From the human T2T-CHM13v2.0 reference genome, Homo sapiens: 64,000 nucleotides of DNA. The position numbers were made by a program, and so were the translations under genes. Numbering within the stretch: the stretch's first letter is position 1; each line of letters starts with the position of its first letter. The stretch lies in assembly GCF_009914755.1 (NCBI RefSeq), contig NC_060930.1. The stretch is one strand, 5' to 3'. Shown here one piece after another: positions 53,541 to 64,000 of the stretch. A model generated the notes under the pieces. The model ran no database searches, was not told where the DNA came from, and was given only the letters and a program-made list of their open reading frames with translations.

Positions 53541-56500
53541 AGGGAAGAATTGATTATCTTTAAAGTTGAAGGCTTCATATTTTCCTAAATATGACTTCTA
53601 CTCTCACTTTTGAAATTACAAACTCTTAGAATTGAATCAAGTTTATAAATGATCCTTCCAGAGATTCTCTGAGAGCTCTTTATTTGAGGCTTTAATTTTC
53701 TAGTTTGACTGTCTGTAATGATCAGATCGAAGAGATAATGGCTAAATAGCTGCTTCTCTTGGGGCAATATAGAACCAGTCATCACTGGATCTCATATTGG
53801 ACTTTCTGCAATTAGCTCTCTTTCCTTTAGTTACAATCATTGTCTTCCAAATGCTGTATGCTAAGAAATAAATAATGAATATCTAATATTGTAGGAGTCT
53901 CACAGTAACAGATTCGAGGAACAGATTCAGTAGGTCTAGTATTACTATGTCAGTGAGAAATTTAAAGCTTGCCTCCTTTTTAATTGGTTTATTATTGTTT
54001 TCCTTCTCTATTGGACAGATTATAATAAAAGAATCATGACTTTTGCCAAGGAGAGATGACATAAAAATAAGTTAAGACAGGAGAGAATTCTACATGCATG
54101 GTACAATTTTAAAATAAAATTATAATACATAATAAAACACAAAATGAGTTGCAGCTGTGGTCTGAAAATCTTAAATAAGTCATCGAAGAGAAAATTGACT
54201 AATAAACAATCTCCCACACACTAACAAATCAGTGTACATATGCAAATAAAATTAACTCATGCTATAAAAGGCTAAAAAGAAATCCATAAAACATGTTGTA
54301 AGCTGCCATTTTTCCAGAATCGTTGGAGGAGAGAGGCAAAGAGTGGTCAGGTCCTGTTAAGCCTGGGTTGGGGAGGATAAGATCACGAAGTGAGGAAGAG
54401 GAAGGTGGGAGCAAAACCAGGAAGTGACAAAAGAGCATTGAACGCTTGGTTCTGAGAATTATAAGTTTTTCTGGCTGCCTTGATACATCTTACCGGGCCA
54501 GAAGCAGCATCTTAAAGAGCCAAACCATGCTGCACATGCCTATCTTTTATCTCCTATTTGTAAGCTGAGACCTGTGTATTAGATTCATGTTTGTACACAC
54601 TAACAAAGAACTAGCACACCATAAAACATTTAGTGCATGCTTAAGACATTTTTAAAGAGTGAAATACTATATCTTACAGTCTATGTTAAATTATTAACTA
54701 AGATTTTTCTGTGATTTATAACCAGGGTCTTCATATATTTCACTTTACCTGGAACGTCCCAGTTAACACTACAGTCCAAGCATAGTTCTCTCTTTCACTC
54801 TCGAAAGTGCTCAGGTTTGGAAGATAAATTTCATGATGAATCAATATAGTCATCTAGTTTATGGCAGTCTGAAAGTTGATTTCTAGAATTCTCTGTCGTC
54901 AACTTGTTTACTGGCCATTGTCTCTTCCTCATCAAAACAGAATAGATTATGCAAGTTAACACTGAAAAGACTATAACTCTGGATTCCAGATAAACAAATT
55001 TAGTTATGATTCTAACATTAGCAGTTTTTTATAGAAAAATCATTTTCTAAAGTCAAAGAATATTTAAAGCAACATAACATTTTATATAATTAATTTCTTC
55101 CCAATATGAATGTATAGCAGAAATGTTAGTACCTTCAACCTTCTGGCATATCATTAAATATAGGGCAACAGCCATACTGAAAATGAATTCACTCCATATA
55201 TGTGTTTATGTGTGTGTATACATATGTGTGTATTTGGGAGAATGGAAACATTTCTGATGCTCCCAGGAACATAAGAGACTTTGGGTTATGGTTGCCGTAC
55301 TTGGCAATGACTTCATTGTTGGATTTGTATAAAAAGATAAATGAGGGGCAATTTTTATCTTTTGTAGAAAAATTTTTTAATTGCTTCAATGTATCTTACT
55401 ATGGCTGCTTCTAGCATGTGCCATGTGGTTTGTAGGAATTAGGAAAAAGTCACCTCTTTGGATGGACCCTGTAGAAAAAGGAGTTTTCCTTTCTCCATGC
55501 TGGACCAGGGCTAGATCATAGGCTGGATTGAACCCCTTTTCACTGAGAGGGGTGGCCCTGATTGTAAAACTAATTTTTTCTACCTTACAAAATAGATACA
55601 GTCCCATAAAGACTGCCTGTGAAGGAAATCACCATATTTTACATCCTACTTTTTCACTAGAATTTTTCAAAGGTGTCCATCTAAGAGGGGGATAAAAGCA
55701 CCCTTTATAATGCATGATAGTGGTAGAGGGAAGCAGGTGGATTCTATTTTAGTCTGCAGAGAAGCTTTGGAAATCTCAAAGTTTAAAGAAACGTAACAAA
55801 CACTTGATAAAAATCTTAAATCTACAATTCAAATAAGTAAAAATCTATGAATTAAAAATAGCTAGAATGCTTTTATTTTGAGGATTTTATTGCCAAAGAC
55901 CAAAAGATTAAAAGAACAGATCAAACTGAGCTTAAAAGTCCCTGGTTTTTAATTAAACTTCTAAAATACTAGAACATGCAAACATGCTGTTCTCTTATAT
56001 GAATATCAGATAGATAATCATCATGATGACGACAACGATGAATATTAAGAACAGGGCTAGAGAGGAACAAAAACACAAATACATGAGAGGGTGAAATTCA
56101 GAATGTGGTGAAAAGCAGCAGATAAAAGAGATACAGCACAGACTCTAGAATCCACACAATTGTCACAGCCATAATGGAGCTACCTATTCACCCAAAAAAA
56201 AAAAAAAAAAATCTATGGCTGAGGAGGTCCCAAAATTCTGAAAGCAAGCCTTGGTAAAAGGCATCACAAATCATTTTTCTGATTTATGACCCATGTAGGA
56301 GTCCATTTCTGAGCATCCAATACCTGAGTAAGGAAACATACTGGTAGCTCTAAATTTTACCTCAAGCTCTAATTGCAATATAAAAATAAAACTACCAGAC
56401 TGGCTTTTGTATAGATGTTGCAACTGGAATGGTGCTGCGTAGACAGTATTTTTATGTATTCTGAATTTATCTGTCTGTTCTTCATTTCTGCTATCACAAT

Positions 56501-59500
56501 GGTGCCCAAATCTAAATAATATAAATGTTTAAAGTGGTATTTTTTAAATCAAAATATCTGTAGTTTCCTAGAATAAGAGAAAAGTTTCCAATTTTGATGC
56601 AACATTTTTACTGACTGACAAACCAAACAATATCCACTGCACTGACCAGTTCAGAACTGAATCCAGAGAGTGCAATTCTTAAAAATTGCTGGTTGAACTG
56701 TAAAGAAATCACATCATTAATTGTTTCTCTCATCATGGGATTTTCTCCATCTGACTTTTCTATGTACAATCAACCTGAGATTTATTGACTTAACAGTATT
56801 TTAAATAGATTTGTTAAGAAAAATAAATAGGCAGGTTGCTTATACTAGTGCTTCCCAATCTCTTTCCATTAAAGACTCTTTTTACGTTTTAATATATCTT
56901 ACAGTTGACATTTACACATTTTCCACTTCCTTTAGTGTCTCATCTCTGCATTCAAGTACTTTGTTTTGAGACCTTACAGTAAGTTTAAATATAGTTTCCT
57001 TTCTCTACCTTCATGTCTGCCATTATTCAAACAATCATTGTGCCCAAATCTATTGATACATGTGCTTTTTCCCCCAAAAAATACTTCAGCTCAAATCTTG
57101 AATCTTTAAGTTAAAATTAAGCTTCTACCCCCTCAGCCCCCACAAGGCCTCAGCACCCAGTTTGGGCCCTGGTTTGGTTCCTTGCAATGTTAAAGTCACA
57201 CTACAGGTAGCTTGGACCCATTCTCTGTGAAATAATTCCTGTAGTGATTGAAAAGAGCACATCCTCAGAAACATTGGTACCAAAAATATATAGGAGGTCA
57301 AGGGTGCTTTTTAAAAGACCAAGAAAGAAAAGGAATAGCACAAAAATAAAATTAAGCACTAAAATATTTCATTTAGATATCCTCTAATCTCTATGAGGGG
57401 TCTTAGAGAATAGGGCAGATGAGTTAAAATTAAAGGAAAAGGAATAGGGGTGCATGCAAAATGTTGCTCTGCGCCTGGGATCTGTAAGTGTGGCCCATCA
57501 CTCCTCCTACCAGGGACCAAAGGCATCCATGTTCTGTGCTCAGAGGAGCACAGTGGCACTTCAGCTAGCAGATCCTCTGAAGCAAAATACCTTCCTAGAA
57601 AGGGACATTGCTTATTAAAACAAACAAGCAAAAAAAGTAGCATTATTTAAGAGACATATGTTGGCTTGCCTCTTTTGTATCAGGATTCTCCTTATAATAT
57701 GCCACTATGAGTGTCACAACCAAAATATCACTCACAGAGTACAGAGTCAATCTTTTAAATTTAATTTTCATTGAAAATAAAGTGTATGCATTCAGTTGAT
57801 AACTAAACCAAAAGCTCCTTAAAGCAAGTGTCTATGTGTTAACGATTGCTTCCTTATATACCAGATAAGTTAATGAAGGCATGAATATCCCTTTTGAAAC
57901 TAGAATGATGGATACATGCTGGCTGAAAGTGAAAACAAATAATAAAATAGCACCATTCGCAAAGCACATCTCTGTGGAACCACCAGGCTAAAGATTCAAC
58001 ACAAGAGCTCATAGTTTTCCCATATCTGCTGCCTCAAAAGCAAATGCTCAAATTACAGAAGCTCAATCCAAGGAATCCTTCTGACAAGCAGAAATATTAC
58101 CTTTGTGCTCTCCAAGATCCTATTAAAGCTACCAGAAGCAGGAAACAGTAAAAAGTTTCTGCAATAATAATGTCAGTGATGTTGATAGAGCGTTAAGGCA
58201 CTTATTAGGTGTCCCTTTGGAAGAACGGGGGAAAAGATTATTAAGAATAACAACCACCAAGGATGACCAGATTCATTGGCTCCTTGTAAGTGAAAGCCCC
58301 AGGCAGTTCCTGAGCCTATTAGAAGGTCTGAGACAGACAGGCCAACAGAGGATCAATTTGTATCCAGAAGCCAATAAGTAGACAATAACATAAATGTGTG
58401 GGTTAGGTTTGCCATTTTGCTGTTCTGGGGTTTCTCGGCAAATTTGGTTCATTAGTATGAGGATGAACACTCTTTAATGAAACCAAGGTTTATTGACAAA
58501 CTGTGCACAACCCGTGAAAGCATCCCTGGGAGAAAAGGCCCATTTCCTCCCCTGAAGATCCCCACAGTTATGTGATGGTTTTGTTTATTTTTCTAACCAG
58601 AAATGCTCTTTTAATAAATAAAGTGTCACTTATTATCTCCAAAAGTCACATGTTTTACAAGCAATCTGTTCTGTCTCCTTTACTAGTCTCTTAATCGAAT
58701 TCTCTTTCTGTGGAGACTTTGGTATTGAACTATATTGAAAACCATTACATTTGTCTAAACATCATAGGTGATAAGATTAATTCCACTTCTAAAAGATTGC
58801 TTTGGACAGCCTAAGACATGAAACAGAACTAGAAGCATATTTAATGTCACTAACCTTAGAGACAGGGCATTCAATACAATTCATTAAGCATAATTGAAAA
58901 AGAAATCCTACAATGAAAACGTAACAAGAAACATTGTGTAAATTAACTTTTTGAAGTATATTCTTCCCTCAGTGCACATAGTCAGCTCTCATTAATTTTA
59001 ATGGACATAACTTGCTCATATATCAGCTGAAGAATTTCACCTGCTTCTTGTAAAACTGGCTGCATAAAGAAAAAGGTGCCCACAAAGAAAAATGGACATT
59101 GTTGCTAAAAAGGTTGCCTAAACAATAAAGTCTAAAGTCATTATAGTTAATTAAATCTAAGTTGTTGCATAGTCTCATAAATGAGGAATTATGAAATTAA
59201 GCAAATTGTTTTTTAAAAAAAGAAAGCACCTGGGAAAATAATGTTGAGGTCAGGCCACGTGTATTGTTGACTGCTTTTCCACTCAAAATATAATTCTCCC
59301 ACCAATACGAACTGTGAGTTTGAGGGTAGAGATAGTGTCTTACTCTCTGGCACTACACACAGCATCCACCTACCACCCAAAGGGTGCTCTGTAGATAGTT
59401 GAATTGAAATGGACTGACTATTCATTGTTTCCCAAATTCTCTCCAAACTTTCACACCTCTGGGCCTCAGCTCATACTGATCCCTCTGTCTAGAACATCCT

Positions 59501-59624
59501 CTTATATGCCCAACCCTAATCTTCAATTGCCAAATCCCCAGCCAAGCCACAAAAGCTCTATCAAATGCTAGGAAGTTTTTCCTGATACTCCCAAATGAAG
59601 ATTGTTGGATCAGCATAATCTCAT

Positions 59625-60495
59625 AATGCCGTTACATTCTTAAAACTTACTGAAGACCCCAAAGGGTTTTATTTATATTAATCATACCTATCAAAATTTA
59701 AGAAATTAAAATGGAAAAATAATTTATCTATTAATTTACTAAAATAACAATATACTCATTTCATATTGGCATAAATAACATATTTTATAAAAATAAATCC
59801 ATATTTTCTCCTCAAATGTGAACAGACATATTATTTAGCAATTTTTGAATCTTTTTAATTTCTTTTTTTTTTTTTTTTTTGGTTGAGATGATGTCTCTCT
59901 CTGTAGCCCAGTCTAGAGTGCAGTGGCACAATATGGGCTCACTGCAACCTCTGCCTCCGGGTTCAAGTGATTCTCCTGCCTCAGCCTCCCGAGTAGCTGG
60001 GATTACAAGCATGCACCGCCATGTCCAGCTAATTTTTGTATTTTTAGTAGAGACGGAGTTTCACCATGTTGGCCAGGCTGGTCTCTTAACTCCTGACCTC
60101 AAGTGATCTGCCTGCCTCAGCCTCCCAAAGTGCTGGGATTACAGGCATAAGCCACTGCACCCGGTCAGATCTCTTTAATTTCTGGCTTAAAACAGAACAC
60201 TAGATTCTCATATCCATTTCTGCACTCGATATGTTGCAATAAATTGTTGGGTTGAAACATTTGAAGAAAAACTGGCCCACATGACATGTAGTTGGAAAAG
60301 AAAGGAGTATTTTCAGTTAGCTGTGGGTGTTCTTGATATTACATCGAAATTCTACAAATGGTAGTTTCTTACATATTAGTTGCAATATGAAATCTGAAAC
60401 AATATTAATGAACTTTGTATATTTTGTTACATTATATTATTGTTCTATTTTATATTTTGAATAAATGTTTTTACCTATGCATGGTTCATATTATG
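59625..60495. mobile_element. Charlie1-like hAT DNA transposon, interrupted by Alu
   Basis: ttactgaagaccccaaag...ctttaatttctggcttaa...tagttgcaatatgaaatctgaaac. Confidence 0.75.
59863..60166 (-). mobile_element. AluS (Sz/Sx-like)
   Basis: T18 tail, ctgacctcaagtgatctg; TSD approximately atct(t/c)tttaatttct. Confidence 0.95.
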
Positions 60496-60563
60496 CATCT
60501 GAATTTTTTGAAACACTTCAGATGATTCCAATGTGCAGCCATATTTGAAAACTATTGCTCCAG
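60496..60563. mobile_element. MER5-like fragment
   Basis: cagatgattccaatgtgcagccatatttgaaaactattgctccag. Confidence 0.6.
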
Positions 60564-60874
60564 AATTTATGATCAGAGCCATAAGGAATTAGAATGTGTT
60601 TCTCTTACTTCCACTAGCCCTGGCCATAATAATACCTCCTCTCTGTTATTCTGGATGTGACACACAGAGAGAGAGAGAGAGAATTTGAAGATTAGGAGAA
60701 GGAGGAAAACCAGATGAAGCTAGGAAACATATGTGTATCATAACAGATCTCTTATTTTGTGAGTGCCTAGTGTGCGCTATACATGCACAGAAATGCATGT
60801 TTTTTCAGACCCATGTAAGATTATATTGTAATGCCTCCTTACTTTGCAATGCCAAATACTTTCATGTATGTTTC

Positions 60875-61735
60875 TTAGAAACAATGACTACACACCTATT
60901 AGAATGGCTAAAATCCAAAACAGTGACAACACCAAATGCTGATGAGTATGTGGAGCAACAGAAACTCTCATTCATTGTTCCTGGGAATGCAAAATGGAAA
61001 AGACACTTTGGAAAATCATCTGCCAGTTTCTTACAACACTGAATATACTTTTATCATGTGATCTAGAAATCATGCTCCTTGATATTTACCCAAATGATTT
61101 AAAAACTTTTATGTCCACATAAAAACCAGGACATTAATGTTTATGGCAACTTTATTCACAATTGCCAAAACTTGGAAGCAAGCAAGATGTCCTTCAGTAG
61201 GTGAATATGTAAATAAACTGTTATACATTCAGGCAATGGAATATTATTTAACAGTAAAAATAAATGAGCTCTCAAGCCGCAAAAAGATACAGAGGAACCT
61301 TAAATCTACATTGCTATCATTGAAAGAAGCCAATCCAAAAAGGCTAACATACTGTATGATTCCAACAATATAACATTCTGAAAGAGGCAAAACTATAGAG
61401 ACAGTAAAAAGATGAGTGGTTACCAGGGGTTGGGAGGAAGAAGGCAAAAATAGGCAGAGTATACAGGATTTTTAGGGCCTATGATGGTGAATACATGTCA
61501 TTACACATTTGTCAAAACTCATAGAATGTACAACACCGAGAGTGAACCCTAATGTAAACTATGAGCTTTGGGTGACAATGATATGTCAATGCAGGTTCAT
61601 TGTTTGTAAGAAATGTACCACTGTGGTGCAAGATGTCAATAGTGGGGGAGGCTGTACATATGTGAGGACAGGGGTATGTGTCCTATCTGCTCAATTGCAC
61701 TGTGAAACTAAAACTAAAAGTTTATTAATTAGAAA
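60875..61735 (+). mobile_element. L1MC1/2-like 3' end
   Basis: cacacctattagaatggctaaaatcc...gagtgaaccctaatgtaaactatg...tgtgaaactaaaactaaaagtttattaa. Confidence 0.88.
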
Positions 61736-61749
61736 ACAAGGGCAAGCGC

Positions 61750-62340
61750 ATTCTTTTACAAGCACAGTTTAATTATCAAAATCAAGAACTTACTATTTAT
61801 GTGACTATTATCTAATCTACGGAATTTAGTCAAATTTCACTAATTATTCCACTAATGTCCTTGATAGCAAAAGGAAGAAAATGTCTTTTTTTTCTGATCC
61901 AGAATTATATATTGCATTTAGTCGTCATGTCTCTTTATCACCTTATAATTCCTCAATCTTTCTTTGTCTTTCATGACCTCGACATTCAAGGTATACAAGC
62001 CCTCAGTTTGGGGTTATCTGATGTTTCCTCATAAATAGGTTATGCATTTATGGAAGGATTAGCACAGAAGTAAAGTGTTGTGTCCTTTTCAGAGCATAAT
62101 AATAAGAAGCACATGATATCTCTGTCTCATTAGTGACATTTACTTTGATCACTTAAGGTGATTTCTGCCATGTTTCCTCAGTGTAAATCTTTTTTCCCTT
62201 TGTAATTAATAAATACCTTCTGGAGACCTACTTTGATGTGATGTAAATGTCCTATTTTTCATCAAATTTTCAACCATTAGTTTCTTTCTTGGTTCTTGGC
62301 TAAAATTATTATTACTACAGTGGCTGCCAACTGGTGATGC
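61750..62340 (-). mobile_element. L1MC4-like 3' fragment
   Basis: attgcatttagtcgtcatgtctcttta...ctgatgtttcctcat...ttttccctttgtaattaataa. Confidence 0.75.
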
Positions 62341-62712
62341 GTCTACTTTTTAATTCCTTTCAAGTTCTCCCTTCTCTTTCAGCAACATCAAATATTTCTG
62401 TTATTCTGGGAGTGATATAACACTAACTAAGCAGCAGCATTGCTTAATTGCATTCTCAGAACTGATCAGATTCTAATCAGTCTAATTAGGTTTGTGTCAT
62501 TCAGTACATTCTAGGGCATTGCTAATGGGGCTGCCATCAAGCAGATACTTGAAAAATCCCTGGTTGGCATATCTCTTCTAGGCTCACTGAAGATTTCCAA
62601 CTGTTGTTTAGCAAAGGTAAGAACACTAAAAACTCCTTGAATTTTCCTGAGTTTTAAGATCCTTGACCCAGAAAAAGAGTGGATTCCTGGGGTCCTTAAA
62701 AAGGTAATTGGA

Positions 62713-63084
<372 letters not shown>

Positions 63085-63129
63085 TCACCTCATTGAATTC
63101 GGAGGATTTAGCTTCAGAATAAACTGACT

Positions 63130-64000
63130 TTTTCTCCTATCATATGCATTCTTCTTTTAAGCCTATGCAGTGGAATTTTTAAACTTCAGAGAATGTATTT
63201 TTCAGTTCTAGAATCCCCATTTGATACCTTTTTATAATTTCTATTTTTCTATTAAGAATTATTACCTTTTAATTTATTATATGGGAAAATTTTCCTTTAT
63301 ATACTCAAAAATAGGTGTAATTGTTTCTTTAAAATCTGCATCTGCTAATTCCAACATGTGGATTATCTCAGGGTCAGTCTCTTGTCTTTTTTCATGAGAA
63401 AGGTCTATTGGTTAAGTTTTCTTATTTCTTTGTATGGCAAGTACTTTTTCATTATATTTCGAGCACTGTGAATAATATGTTATACAGACTCTGGATTCTG
63501 TTATGTTCCTTTGAGGAGTATTAATTTTGTTGTTAGAGCAGTCAGTTAAATTGGCTGAACTCAGACTGAAAACTCTATATTTTCTATGGTGAATGGTAGC
63601 TCAAATTCCTTTACCAGTTCAATTCCTTTACCATAGCTGAGCTGCTAGGAGTCTGTCCCACATGCATGATTTGAGACCACCCAGAAATTTGAAAAGAGTT
63701 TATGAACAGCATTGTGGACTCCCCATCTCTGGCTCTTTCTTCTCCAAGATTTCTCCTTCATTTTCCAGTGGCTGTGGTTTCTCTGAACTCTGTCATTTAC
63801 TTCTTTTAAACAGTAAGACTGTATGAAGTACTTTAATAGCCACCCTGCATAGCAGACTGGGACCTGTACTCAGGCAAAAAGAAAAAATATCACTAAATGA
63901 TATTTATTTAATTTAGTGTCACTTCCCCTCCAGTATTTGCCTGCTTTTGTTCACTTTCCAGTGCCATCAGGCAAATAATTTTTTAAAATATTTTGTCTAG
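63130..64000 (-). mobile_element. Old L1M 5'/ORF1-region fragment
   Basis: gtatttttcagttctagaat...tctgctaattccaacat...agactctggattctgttatgttcctttga. Confidence 0.65.

Noticed and set aside
54749-54868. Possible 120-nt minus-strand exon (tttcag|...CCAG|gtaaag)
   Set aside because: Weak polypyrimidine tract, stops in all three frames from the acceptor, and no supporting neighbouring exons.

Overview
This is AT-rich, CpG-poor mammalian DNA. AluY, THE1 and an L1PA3-type element point to human or another great ape. I cannot support any host protein-coding exon, RNA gene, CpG island or CRISPR array; roughly two thirds of the window is recognisable interspersed repeat (10 Alus, many L1s of different ages, MaLR/ERVL solo LTRs, hAT/Tigger remnants, MIR, L2). 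The centrepiece is a near full-length L1PA3-like element (~28276-33718) whose 5' UTR intron is precisely spliced out, i.e. a spliced integrated retroelement of the SpIRE97/622 type. It has a dead ORF1, a 989-codon open ORF2 (endonuclease and RT motifs intact, C-terminus lost) and no convincing TSD, and it sits in a ~12.6 kb same-strand L1 pile-up. Other oddities read directly from the sequence: a recent 150-bp dispersed duplication of old L2-like DNA, a ~15-bp twin-priming inversion in a short L1, a perfect 15-bp-stem palindrome inserted in an MLT1 LTR, a tail-less Alu fragment inside L1PB, and a degenerate GGGACATTT trimer. I did not find a convincing new biological system; the findings are mostly retrotransposition and DNA-repair scars plus weak regulatory candidates. 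Subfamily names come from my recollection of consensus sequences and need RepeatMasker/Dfam confirmation; boundaries of old repeats are approximate.
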